64,000 nucleotides of DNA from Bacteroidales bacterium (GTDB taxonomy: Bacteria; Bacteroidota; Bacteroidia; Bacteroidales; VadinHA17), in NCBI GenBank assembly GCA_041303415.1, contig JBFYPG010000116.1:2227-66226 (forward strand), in the 5' to 3' direction. The notes under the pieces are model-generated. The model made no database searches, had not been told where the DNA came from, and was given only the letters and a program-made list of their open reading frames with translations. Both the position numbers and the translations under genes were made by a program. This document shows, piece by piece, positions 18,666 to 29,200 of this stretch; position 1 is the first letter of the stretch; each line of letters starts with the position of its first letter.

Positions 18666-19004
18666 ATGGATTTCGTTATAGAGAGCCGGAATAACAGCAC
18701 TGTAATCCAGATCCAGTCGGAGAAGCTTGATACACATATAGCTCCCGCTCTTAAGTCTGAACTTGTGCTGGTTTCAGGGAAGGGTGAGAAAAACATCATC
18801 CTTGACCTTGAAAAATGTCAGTACTGCGACTCTTCAGGTCTGAGCGCCATCCTGGTGGCGAACAGATTATGCAAAAATGCTGGCGGAACATTTGTCCTCT
18901 GCGGACTGAATGAAGCCGTTGAAAGACTTATCACAATTTCTCAGCTCGATACTGTCCTGACAATTACAGGTACAGTAGCGGATGCTGAAAAAATGATATC
19001 GTGA
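18666..19004 (+). CDS. STAS-domain anti-sigma-factor antagonist
   Basis: DLEKCQYCDSSGLSAIL with the conserved phospho-acceptor Ser. Confidence 0.9.
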   Translation: MDFVIESRNNSTVIQIQSEKLDTHIAPALKSELVLVSGKGEKNIILDLEKCQYCDSSGLSAILVANRLCKNAGGTFVLCGLNEAVERLITISQLDTVLTITGTVADAEKMIS

Positions 19005-19028
19005 AGCTGATAGCATTGCAGGGCGCCG

Positions 19029-19943
19029 ATGAAATTAAGCATACTTGGCAGTAGTTCTGCATTGCCAACATCAGAAAGATTTCCAACCGCTCATGTGCTC
19101 AATGCGCATGAGCGGTTGTATTTAATAGACTGCGGAGAGGGAACCCAGATGCAGCTCCGCAAAAACAAACTGCGGTTCGGGAAAATTAACCACATCTTCA
19201 TAAGCCATCTCCACGGCGACCATGTGTTCGGGCTTTATGGGCTTCTGTCTACATTCAGCCTTATGGGAAGAACAAATCCGATCTGTCTCTATGCACCCCG
19301 GAACTTTGAAGGAATCCTTTCATCACATCTTTCCGATTTTGACATCCATCTCAACTTTGATATTAACTTCACGGGACTCTCCGGGAATGATCCTGTAAAA
19401 ATTCTGGATGACAAATACCTTACTGTAACAACCTTTCCTCTCGACCATCGCGTGCCTGCCTTCGGATTTCTTTTCAGGGAAAAACCGTATTACCGGAATA
19501 TTATAAAAGAGTATATTGAGAAATACAGCATCCCCGTGATAAGGATACCGGCAATAAAGAAGGGAGAAGATTTTATCTCTTCCGATGGTACTGTGATCAG
19601 GAATGAAGAGATCACCCGGCCAGGTCCGGATCCTCTCTCTTACGCTTATTGCAGCGATACAAGATACTTCTCACGGCTGCCCTCCTTTGTCAGGGGAGTT
19701 GACCTGCTGTATCATGAAGCCACTTTTGACAAAAGCCTTAAGGAACTGGCCGCAATTACAGGCCATTCAACCACCACCGATGCCGCCAGAACCGCATCGG
19801 AAGCTGAGGCTAAAGCCCTGATCATCGGACATTTCTCGGCACGGTACAAGAATGTGAGTCCTCTTGTTGAAGAGGCCAGGATGGTTTTCCCGAATACCTT
19901 CCCGGCTATTGACGGTGAGACCTATGAGATCGGCAAAACATAA
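19029..19943 (+). CDS. rnz: Ribonuclease Z
   Basis: DCGEGTQ, SHLHGDH, YCSDT, LYHEATF, GHST and GHFSARY motifs. Confidence 0.95.
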   Translation: MKLSILGSSSALPTSERFPTAHVLNAHERLYLIDCGEGTQMQLRKNKLRFGKINHIFISHLHGDHVFGLYGLLSTFSLMGRTNPICLYAPRNFEGILSSHLSDFDIHLNFDINFTGLSGNDPVKILDDKYLTVTTFPLDHRVPAFGFLFREKPYYRNIIKEYIEKYSIPVIRIPAIKKGEDFISSDGTVIRNEEITRPGPDPLSYAYCSDTRYFSRLPSFVRGVDLLYHEATFDKSLKELAAITGHSTTTDAARTASEAEAKALIIGHFSARYKNVSPLVEEARMVFPNTFPAIDGETYEIGKT

Positions 19944-19963
19944 TTCTGTAATCAAAGAATTCC

Positions 19964-19971
19964 TATATTTG
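19964..19971 (+). promoter_or_regulatory. -7 box (TATATTTG) for guaA
   Basis: TAnnTTTG 28 bp upstream of GTG 20000. Confidence 0.55.
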
Positions 19972-19999
19972 AGGTCATTTGTTTAAAACCGCCCGCACT

Positions 20000-21529
20000 G
20001 TGCATGAGAAAATCCTGATACTCGATTTCGGATCTCAATATACCCAGCTGATTGCCAGGAGGATCAGGGAACTCAACGTTTACTGTGAAATTTATCCCTT
20101 CAACCACTTTCCGGTACCCGATATAGCCGTAAGAGGTGTGATACTTTCAGGCAGTCCTGCTTCGGTGCATGATAAAGATGCTCCGGTCCCGGACCTTGGC
20201 AGAATAAAAGGGATCATCCCTTTACTCGGAGTGTGCTATGGCGCCCAGCACCTGGTGCATGCCTTCGGAGGCAAAGTGATGAGATCAAATAACCGCGAGT
20301 ATGGCAGGGCTAATCTTGTAAAGATAAACAACACCGACCCCCTTTTTAAGGAAGTGACTCCCGGGACACAGGTGTGGATGTCGCATGGAGATACAATTGA
20401 AATCCTTCCTGACAGATACGAGATAACAGGATCTACGGCCGGTGTAAATGCAGGAGCATTCCATATCGCGGGAGAAAAGACCTGGGGCATTCAGTTCCAT
20501 CCCGAGGTGTGGCACACCACGCAGGGGAAACAGATGATACGCAATTTTGTGAGGGACATCTGCGGCTGCACTGCTGACTGGACACCTGATTCGTTCGCCG
20601 AATCATCAATAGCCGACCTGAGGAAGCTTATTGGTATTGACAAGGTGATCCTCGGACTTTCAGGAGGTGTCGATTCATCGGTAGCAGCCTCACTGCTGAA
20701 CAAGGCGATAGGCAAAAACCTTACATGCATATTTGTGGATAACGGCCTTCTCAGGAAGAATGAGTTCCCGAAGGTGCTGGAATCATACAGGGATTTCGGG
20801 CTGAACGTGATTGGAGTTGACGCTTCCGAAAGGTTCCTTAATGAACTTGAGGGAGTAAGCGATCCCGAAAAGAAAAGAAAGATTATCGGAAAGGTCTTCA
20901 TAGATGTCTTTGATGAGGAAGCTCACAAGGTGAAGGATGTGAAATGGCTGGCGCAGGGAACAATATACCCGGATGTAATTGAATCTGTTTCTGTTAATGG
21001 TCCTTCTGCAACTATCAAGTCGCATCATAATGTGGGAGGCCTGCCTGACAAGATGAACCTGAAGGTTGTGGAACCCCTTAGACTCCTCTTTAAGGATGAG
21101 GTCAGAAGGGTAGGTTATGCCCTCGGACTGCCGGATGCTATCCTCAGAAGGCATCCCTTTCCTGGACCGGGGCTTGCAGTGCGACTCCTCGGGAAGATAA
21201 CACGGGATAAACTTGAGATCCTCAAGGAAGCTGATGAAATATTCATTGATGGTCTGCGCAGACACTCGCTTTATGATTCAGTGTGGCAGGCAGGAGCAAT
21301 CCTTCTTCCTGTTCAGAGCGTGGGTGTTATGGGTGATGAGAGAACTTATGAATACACTATTGTGCTCAGGGCAGTAAACTCAACTGACGGCATGACGGCT
21401 GACTGGTCACCCCTGCCGCATGAATTCCTGGCTGCGATATCAGGAGAGATCATTAATAAGGTAAAAGGTATTAATAGGGTGGTTTATGATGTAAGCTCAA
21501 AACCCCCGGCAACAATCGAATGGGAATAA
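20000..21529 (+). CDS. guaA: GMP synthase (glutamine-hydrolysing)
   Basis: [32 protein letters not shown] and [10 protein letters not shown] motifs. GTG 20000 is the likely start (ORF track starts at 19979). Confidence 0.97.
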   Translation: MHEKILILDFGSQYTQLIARRIRELNVYCEIYPFNHFPVPDIAVRGVILSGSPASVHDKDAPVPDLGRIKGIIPLLGVCYGAQHLVHAFGGKVMRSNNREYGRANLVKINNTDPLFKEVTPGTQVWMSHGDTIEILPDRYEITGSTAGVNAGAFHIAGEKTWGIQFHPEVWHTTQGKQMIRNFVRDICGCTADWTPDSFAESSIADLRKLIGIDKVILGLSGGVDSSVAASLLNKAIGKNLTCIFVDNGLLRKNEFPKVLESYRDFGLNVIGVDASERFLNELEGVSDPEKKRKIIGKVFIDVFDEEAHKVKDVKWLAQGTIYPDVIESVSVNGPSATIKSHHNVGGLPDKMNLKVVEPLRLLFKDEVRRVGYALGLPDAILRRHPFPGPGLAVRLLGKITRDKLEILKEADEIFIDGLRRHSLYDSVWQAGAILLPVQSVGVMGDERTYEYTIVLRAVNSTDGMTADWSPLPHEFLAAISGEIINKVKGINRVVYDVSSKPPATIEWE

Positions 21530-21546
21530 AGACGCACGGCACACGG

Positions 21547-21591
21547 CTCCCCCTCCTTGCGCAAGCAGGGAGGGGGCCGGGGGGTGGGTAC
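21547..21591. repeat. Family C right half-element
   Basis: CTCCCCCTCCTTGCGCAAGCAGGGAGGGGGCCGGGGGGTGGGTAC, nearly identical to 16307..16352. Confidence 0.85.
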
Positions 21592-21649
21592 ATGAGAGTT
21601 CCAGCAACAAAGAGGCACACAAATTGTTAGAGAATAATAAACAAAACGA

Positions 21650-23248
21650 ATGAAAATCAGAAATACTCTCATAATAACCATAACAGCAGCGATAATGCTT
21701 TCAGGCACAGCATTGTCACAGGTGCTGAATGAAGGAACATTCAAGATCGGAAGGACACTGAGCCTGATCGATGCTTATTATGTTGACACAACCAACCTCG
21801 ACAAGCTCACTGAGACTGTTATCATAGATATGCTCAGGAATCTTGATCCTCATTCCACATATATATCTGCAAAGGATGTCAGGGATATGAATGAGCCTCT
21901 TCAGGGCAACTTTGAGGGAATTGGAATTCAGTTCAATCTTCTTTACGACACCATTATAGTTATTGAGCCGATTTCAAGCGGTCCATCGGAAAAGATCGGA
22001 TTACGGGCAGGCGACAGGATAATTGCGATAAACGGTGAAAAGGTGACAGGGATCGGAATCTCCACCACAGGAGTGAGGAGCAGGCTGATGGGACCCAAAG
22101 GCTCCTCGGTAAATCTTAATATCTTCAGAAAAGGGGAGAGGGAGATCCTCGATTTCACTATAATCCGCGATAAAATTCCCATAAACAGCCTTGATGCTGC
22201 ATATATGCTCGACAGGGAAACCGGATATGTAAAGCTTAATAAGTTTGCCGCGACCACAGAAAAGGAATTTGAGGAAGCCCTCGCAGGACTGAAGAAGAAC
22301 AATATGAAGAACATCATCATAGACCTCAGGAATAATGGAGGGGGTTATATGATCGCGGCTACCGAACTGGCAAATAACTTCTTTTCAAACTCCAACCTTC
22401 TGGTTTACCTTATCGGAAGGAAAACCCCGCGCCAGGATTATAAATCAACAGGCACCGGCACTCTTTCAACATCCAGGGTCGTGGTCCTTGTTGACGAGGG
22501 TTCAGCATCATCCAGCGAGATATTTGCAGGCGCACTCCAGGACTGGGACAGGGGAGTTATATTGGGAAGGAGGACCTTTGGCAAAGGGCTTGTTCAAAAC
22601 CAGTACTGGCTTACCGACGGTTCGATGATAAGGCTGACGATTGCGCGTTATTACACACCTACAGGGAGATCCATCCAAAGCCCTTATAATGAGGGTTATG
22701 ACAAATACGTTGAAAATTTCTACAAACGCTTTTCAACCGGTGAGATGGTTTCTGCCGACAGTGTCCATTTCCCTGATTCACTGAAGTACAAGACCCTTAT
22801 TAATAAGCGCACAGTCTATGGAGGCGGAGGAATTATGCCCGATATCTTTGTCGCAGCAGATACGGCCCATTATTCTGATTATTACAGGAACCTTGTCCGC
22901 AAGGGTATTATGAATCTGTTTGTACTTGAATATGCCGACAAGAACCGGGCAAGAATCAATGACGAATTCAGATCATTTGAGGATTTTAAGGCAAGGTTTC
23001 AGTTTACTCCGGAGGAGGTTCAGAGTTTTATAGATAAAGGTGAAAAGGAAGGAGTTAAATACAATGAAGACCAGTTCAGGATATCGGAAAGTGAGATGCT
23101 GATGGTCCTTAAAGCCCTGGTGGCGAATAATATCTGGCAGACAAACGAATACTACCGCATTATCAACGAGGAAGATAATGTCATCCGGAGAGCACTTGAG
23201 ATAATATCAAACAGGGATACTTATAACAGTATACTGGGATATAAGTAG
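21650..23248 (+). CDS. S41 family carboxy-terminal processing protease (CtpA/Prc-like)
   Basis: LDPHS, PDZ, DLRNNGGG, SASSSEIFAGALQDWDRG, TFGKGLVQ and GGGIMPD motifs. Confidence 0.93.
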   Translation: MKIRNTLIITITAAIMLSGTALSQVLNEGTFKIGRTLSLIDAYYVDTTNLDKLTETVIIDMLRNLDPHSTYISAKDVRDMNEPLQGNFEGIGIQFNLLYDTIIVIEPISSGPSEKIGLRAGDRIIAINGEKVTGIGISTTGVRSRLMGPKGSSVNLNIFRKGEREILDFTIIRDKIPINSLDAAYMLDRETGYVKLNKFAATTEKEFEEALAGLKKNNMKNIIIDLRNNGGGYMIAATELANNFFSNSNLLVYLIGRKTPRQDYKSTGTGTLSTSRVVVLVDEGSASSSEIFAGALQDWDRGVILGRRTFGKGLVQNQYWLTDGSMIRLTIARYYTPTGRSIQSPYNEGYDKYVENFYKRFSTGEMVSADSVHFPDSLKYKTLINKRTVYGGGGIMPDIFVAADTAHYSDYYRNLVRKGIMNLFVLEYADKNRARINDEFRSFEDFKARFQFTPEEVQSFIDKGEKEGVKYNEDQFRISESEMLMVLKALVANNIWQTNEYYRIINEEDNVIRRALEIISNRDTYNSILGYK

Positions 23249-23279
23249 TAAAGAGCCGGATCATACCTGTCCGGCAATT

Positions 23280-23708
23280 TTAGCTTACCCTTACAGCCGT
23301 ATAGAAGAACTCGTATTTGTATGTAACGCTGTTCTCGGTCTCGCTTTCGGTATAGGTCCATACAAGCGTATCATCTTCAATGGTTATCTGCCATGTGAAA
23401 GTACCATTTCCAAACTCAGCTGTAACTGTGCTGCCTGTAAGCGTGTAGCCGAAATTTCCTGTCAGCTGCCCGGCCTCATACATCAGGCCGGCACCACCCT
23501 CGGCAAACTGGATCTCCATTTCATCGGCAGCAAGGAAATTGGTGACTTCTGATTTCTTTACATTGTTCTCGTATATGACATATTTATACGAAATGACCTC
23601 CCATCTTCCAATAATTGCCTCATCAAGAGGCAGTTCTTTCTCGCAGGATGTTGTAAGGAATCCAAGGATGATGGCTGTCATAAATGGAATTGAGTATATT
23701 CTTTTCAT
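23280..23708 (-). CDS. Lipocalin-like lipoprotein
   Basis: Lipobox (LTTSC) and IIGRW (GxW) motif; beta-rich. Confidence 0.7.
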   Translation of the reverse strand: MKRIYSIPFMTAIILGFLTTSCEKELPLDEAIIGRWEVISYKYVIYENNVKKSEVTNFLAADEMEIQFAEGGAGLMYEAGQLTGNFGYTLTGSTVTAEFGNGTFTWQITIEDDTLVWTYTESETENSVTYKYEFFYTAVRVS

Positions 23709-23864
23709 TGTATTTAAAATTAATTTTCCGCCAAGTTAATTTATTCCGGTAATATTAAACGTTCTTTGATCCCATATTGTTGCAGGGATGTGTGATACGT
23801 GGAATATCAATTTTATGAAGTTTAATGTTAATTTTGGCAATTATTATCTGTTAATTTATTAACA

Positions 23865-25004
23865 ATGAAGTTTATAGCAAAAACACTATATGGCCTTGAG
23901 GATGTGCTTGCCGCTGAGCTCACTATACTTGGTGCCTCTGAGGTAAGGAAGGTTAACAGGGGAGTACTGTTCAGCGGGTCGAAGGAACTGATGTACCGGG
24001 TGAATTACTGTTCAAGAACTTCATTGTCAATACTACATTCAATTGAAAACTTCAGGATAGCATCAAAAGATGACCTGTACAGGAAAACATCAGAGATCGA
24101 CTGGTCGTCACTCATGGACGCTGAAAGCACATTCTCCGTTGTCCCTGTAGTAAATTCCAGCCTGTTTACACATACCGGATATCCTGCCCTTATTGCCAAG
24201 GATGCAATAGCCGATTACTTCAGGAAGAAAACCGGGAAAAGACCATCGGTTGATACTATTGATCCCGACATAATAATCAACCTTCACATCAGCGGCGACC
24301 ATGCAGATATTTCAATTGATTCTTCAGGAATGCCCCTGTTCAAAAGGGGCTACAGGACAGGGCAGCCCCTGGCGCCTCTTAATGAAGTACTTGCAGCCGG
24401 TATTTTGCTGATGTCGGGGTGGGATGCGTCTGCTCCTCTTACAGACCCGATGTGCGGATCGGGAACCATCCCTGCTGAAGCCGGGCTCATAGCATGCCGT
24501 GTGCCGCCGGGGAAGTTCAGAAAAGAGTTCGGGTTCATGAAATGGAAAGATTTCGATAATACACTATTCTTAAAAGTCAGGGAACAGAATGACAGCATGA
24601 TAAGGGAATCGCCCGTACGGATAAGCGGGAGCGATATTTCGGAGCAGGCTGTAAGGCAAGCGCTTAATAATATCCGGAATGCCGGACTGACCGCTTCTGT
24701 AACTATTGAAGTGGCAGATTTCAGGGATCTCAGGCCGGCTGAAGGCCCCGGATTCCTGTTCATAAATCCTCCTTACGGGGAGCGGCTCAGGCCGGATGAT
24801 CTCAATGATATGTACAGCATGATCGGGACAACCCTCAAGCACTCTTTCACGGGTCATAAAGCATGGATCATCACTCCGGGCAAGGAGCTGCTGGCGAATA
24901 TCGGCCTTAAGCCCAGGTCGAAGCAGATACTGTTCAATGGTTCCCTTGAGTGCATCCTGGCTGAGTTTGAGCTTTATCCCGGCACTAAGAAGCACAGTAA
25001 ATGA
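23865..25004 (+). CDS. THUMP-domain class I SAM-dependent RNA methyltransferase (RlmL-like)
   Basis: THUMP region, LFKRGYR, APLNEVLAAG, DPMCGSGT and NPPYGER motifs. Confidence 0.9.
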   Translation: MKFIAKTLYGLEDVLAAELTILGASEVRKVNRGVLFSGSKELMYRVNYCSRTSLSILHSIENFRIASKDDLYRKTSEIDWSSLMDAESTFSVVPVVNSSLFTHTGYPALIAKDAIADYFRKKTGKRPSVDTIDPDIIINLHISGDHADISIDSSGMPLFKRGYRTGQPLAPLNEVLAAGILLMSGWDASAPLTDPMCGSGTIPAEAGLIACRVPPGKFRKEFGFMKWKDFDNTLFLKVREQNDSMIRESPVRISGSDISEQAVRQALNNIRNAGLTASVTIEVADFRDLRPAEGPGFLFINPPYGERLRPDDLNDMYSMIGTTLKHSFTGHKAWIITPGKELLANIGLKPRSKQILFNGSLECILAEFELYPGTKKHSK

Positions 25005-25122
25005 TCGAAATCACCATAAACATGCTGTTTGTCACTTTATTTGCATCTGTTTATCAAAAAATACCGCTAATTTTACAGGAATGAAGTGAACAAGTTATAA
25101 TTTGGTAACTTCATTTTTTTAT

Positions 25123-25130
25123 TATATTTG
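25123..25130 (+). promoter_or_regulatory. -7 box (TATATTTG) for siaB-siaC
   Basis: TAnnTTTG 39 bp upstream of the 25170 ATG. Confidence 0.6.
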
Positions 25131-25169
25131 CTATCGGGAAAGAGACCTTATTCAAAAAGAGAAGCTTAA

Positions 25170-25748
25170 ATGAGCTTTGATATTGAAAATTACGTAAACG
25201 ACCAGGCCAGGAACAATGTAATCCTTTTCTACAAGGGAAATGTTGATTCAGATGTCATTAACCATGTTCTTGATACGGTAGAGGACAAGATGGCAGAGGT
25301 CAATGAGCAGGCAAAACTAAGGAAGAAGGTCTATAATGTCCTGGTCGAAAGTCTGCAGAATCTGTATCATCATGTCGATAAGGTGCCAGATGATTTCGAG
25401 GATCAGACCTCGGAAAAGTATGGTCTGCTTGTTGTACAGAAAGTCGACACCGGTTATAAAATCATCACCGGTAATTTTGTACATTCCGAAAATGTGGAAA
25501 AACTTGAAGAGAAAATAAAAAGGATCAACAGATCTTCGCACGAGGAGATAAAGGAGCTCTATAAGTTCATTCTGAATCATCAGAGAATATCTGCAAAGGG
25601 CGGAGGAGGACTCGGCCTTGTTGATATTGCGAGAAAAACGGGAAACAAGCTTGAATATTCATTTAAGGAATATAACGATAAATACTCATTCTTTTATCTT
25701 AATATACTTGTTGATGAAGGAGTGGAAGCAAAACAGGAATTAACTTAA
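25170..25748 (+). CDS. SiaB-family (GHKL-type) protein kinase
   Basis: N-box VESLQNLYHH and G-rich lid KGGGGLGLVDIARK. Confidence 0.85.
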   Translation: MSFDIENYVNDQARNNVILFYKGNVDSDVINHVLDTVEDKMAEVNEQAKLRKKVYNVLVESLQNLYHHVDKVPDDFEDQTSEKYGLLVVQKVDTGYKIITGNFVHSENVEKLEEKIKRINRSSHEEIKELYKFILNHQRISAKGGGGLGLVDIARKTGNKLEYSFKEYNDKYSFFYLNILVDEGVEAKQELT

Positions 25749-25771
25749 AACAAACTAAAAAACTTAATAAA

Positions 25772-26152
25772 ATGGAACCGATCATTATTGAAGGAACACC
25801 GAAAACCCCAACTGTAAAATTTGATGCAACTGAAGGCGTATTTGAAATCAAGGGACGATCAATCCCCGAGAACTCTGTTGAGTTCTACAAGCCTCTTGTA
25901 GACTGGCTCGACAGCTACAAGGAGACACCGCTTACAAAAACTGTGGTCAACATAAGGCTGGAGTATTTCAATACCAGTTCTTCAAAATGCATCCTCGATG
26001 TATTCAAGAAGCTTGAAGCGATTCATAAAGCAAAGAATGAGGTCGAGGTAAACTGGTATTACGAAGAGGATGACGAAGACATGCTCGAAGCCGGTGAAGA
26101 TTATGAATCTATCATCAGGGTTCCGTTCAAGATGATAGAAATAGTTGAATAA
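25772..26152 (+). CDS. SiaC-family regulatory phosphoprotein (DUF1987)
   Basis: TPKTP, GRSIPEN, LEYFNTSSSK and WYYEEDDEDMLEAGE motifs. Confidence 0.9.
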   Translation: MEPIIIEGTPKTPTVKFDATEGVFEIKGRSIPENSVEFYKPLVDWLDSYKETPLTKTVVNIRLEYFNTSSSKCILDVFKKLEAIHKAKNEVEVNWYYEEDDEDMLEAGEDYESIIRVPFKMIEIVE

Positions 26153-26197
26153 AGAACTATGGCGAATATGCAATAACCAGATCGGTTTTCCAAAAAA

Positions 26198-26230
26198 CAA
26201 AGGAGGGGCTGCAAGGCCCCTCTTTCTTTT
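26198..26230. terminator. Bidirectional intrinsic terminator
   Basis: GAGGGGC-TGCAAG-GCCCCTC stem-loop flanked by A- and T-tracts, between convergent genes. Confidence 0.75.
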
Positions 26231-26233
26231 TGG

Positions 26234-29200
26234 TTATTCTGATCCCTTTAATTTTTTACCCATGATGACCTCGCCTGAGTCAAGCAGTTTTTTCAGCAGC
26301 CTGAATGAGAGGATCATGTAAAGTCCTATTGTTATTACCCATAAAACAAGTATATTCATGACAAAAGTGTCGACGCTCAACCCGAATATCTTCTTCACAG
26401 GGGCGTAGAAATGAGCTTTTATGAAATTGAAATTCGGATCCATGTATATCGGCTCTCTGTTCTGGAATATCTCCCCCTTGTATTCAATGGTTGATTGTGT
26501 CTCATTCCTGTTGATTACAAATTCCTCAAGCTTCTCGTTGGTATACGCATTCCTTAATTTGAAGAATTCCTCCTTGTTCTCCGATTGAAGTTTATTCAGC
26601 AGGTTCTCCCTCCTGGTATTAATATTATTATAATGTGCTATATAAGCTTTCTTGATCAGTTCAAGATCTGCCTGTGCTGCAATGACGACATCGGCTGTTA
26701 TTTTTTCAGGAGTCAGTGATTCGAGGTACTCAAATCTGATATCCGGCAGCAGTTCCTTCTCTTTTTTAAACTCATTGTATACAATGCGGAGTTTGCCGGT
26801 AAACTCATCGCTTATGTTGCCTGACAATCCGTTTGAGATATAATCCAGGTTCCTGTTCATTGCATCATACCACCAATCCCTCTTGAATTTTGCCTTGCTG
26901 ATGCTTTTGTCATAAGCATAAAACTGCTTCTCATACCTGTTGTCCTTGAATTGCTTCACCGCAAGCGCTTCATAACCCCATCTTGCAGTAATGAATTCTC
27001 CATAAAAGGGAATGGAAACAGGCGTGGTCACGATGGGGTTCAGTTTTTCAAACTTCACCATCACCCCGCTGAGAATTATCTGAGGTATCACCAGGAACGG
27101 GATCCACATATATATTGTGGCCACAGCCTTGAAGCTGTCAGATATCACAAGACCCATTATGTTGGCGCCGGCCCAGCAGGAAAACAATACGATCCAGTAT
27201 TCAAACCACATCCCCTTTATACCAGTGATGGCATTGCCTATCAGAACGAAAGTAAGTGCCTGGATGGCAGATATGGTGAGCTGGACAAACACTTTTGAAA
27301 GCAGGTAACTGTTCCAGCTGAGGTTCAGAAAGGCTTCCCTCTTCAGTATCTTTCTGTCCTTGATTATCTCTTCAGCGCTGACTGTAAGCCCCATGAAGAT
27401 GGCGACTATAACTGACATGAATATGTATACCGGAAGGTTCTCATTGGAGAACAGCGTATACTTCGGGTTTTGAGCGCTTTTTTCAAAATATCTTATCAGG
27501 AACGCAAGTAGGAATGCCAGCACCGGTGCTTCAAGAAGAGTAAGAAGCATGTACTGGGAGTCTGCAACTTTCGACAACACATCGCGCTTTACAAAGACAA
27601 TGAACTGTTTTATCTTATTAGGCGTCTTGAAATTTATTTCCGGAATTACCGTTCCTCTTTCAATTACATCCTCCCTGGCTTCGGCCTTGTAGAGATTGCT
27701 CCAGTCAGCCGGCGATATCCTTCTTGTATCGGTGGGCTGTCCGTTTTCGGTGAAGACCCTTGTCTCCACGATATTGAAGATCTGCTCGGGATTCACGTTG
27801 CCGCATACATAGCATTCACTCTCATTGTAATTGGCCTGTTCAATTTTTTTCTTGAAATACTCGATCGACTCAATGGGGTTGCCATTATATATAAGGTATC
27901 CTCCGGTATCAAGTATGATCAGCTTATCGAACATCTTGAAAATATCCGAGGAGGGTTGATGGATTACTATGAAGAGCAGCTTACCCTTCCTTGCCAGGTC
28001 CTTCAGAAGGTCGAGGATGTTTTCTGAGTCGCGCGATGAGAGGCCTGAGGTCGGTTCATCAAGAAACATGATCGCAGGTTCCCTTATAAGCTCAAGCGAT
28101 ATATTCAGCCTTTTTCTCTGTCCGCCGCTTATCTTCTTGTTCAGCGGGCTTCCAACCTTCATGTCGCGGATCTCAAAAAGACCCAGGTTCTTCAGAGTTG
28201 TATCAACCTTTGCAATAATCTCTTCATCAGTGAGATTGTCGAAACATAGCTTGGCATTGTAGTAGAGGTTCTCAAAAACCGTGAGCTCCTCTATAAGCAG
28301 GTCGTCCTGTGATACGTATCCGATCAGCCCTTTGACCTCCTCACTCTCCTTGTGTATGCTGACCCCGTTCACGAGCACTTCGCCATCGAAAGGAGGGTTT
28401 GTTCCGTTAAGTACACTGAGAAGTGTTGATTTGCCTGCGCCGCTGGCTCCCATGATCCCTACCATCCTTCCCGATTCCTCCCTGAAGCTCATATGGTGAA
28501 TTCCAACCTTGCCGCTCTTGAACCTGTATTCAATGTTATTTACCTCATAAACTACCCTTGATGCCTTGAATTCCTCTTTCAGGAACTGCATTGTCACATC
28601 CCAGTAATAAACAGGCTTGATCTTATATCCTTTTATGGAGGAACCCTGGCTGAACGGATATACCTTTTCCTCCTGCAGCAGCTGCCCGTTCATCGACAAT
28701 TCGCCTGATCCCTTGAATCTTGCAAAATACATCCTGACAGAAGGAACGAAGAGAAACCAGATCTGGCCTTTCAGAAGCTCCTTGTAAACGTGCTTGGTCT
28801 CAGTGAGCTTGCACGCTTCGCTTCCGTCAACCAGAAGTATATTCTGGTTGTCGGGTATGTTGTCAAACGAGTTGAGCACGAAACTTTCAATGAATGAATA
28901 TTCATCCTCCGTGATATTTAGCCCTTCGGCAAGGGTGCTGATGAATCCGCGTTCAAGCGGGCTTACTTCGTTACTGCCTGATTTACAGAATTCAAGAGCC
29001 TGGATAACAACAACTATTCTCTGTTCCTGGTCAAGCTGCCCCTGTTCATTGATGTCCTTGCAAAGCTTTCTTATCCTGATCGCAATTGCACCTTCGCGGC
29101 GTTCGGCGCTGCTCTTTTCAAGCTTTTTCCTGGCTTCTTCATAAGCTTCATCATACTTGGCAAGGTATACCTTTACAAGCTCCTGGTTCAGCAGACGTTT

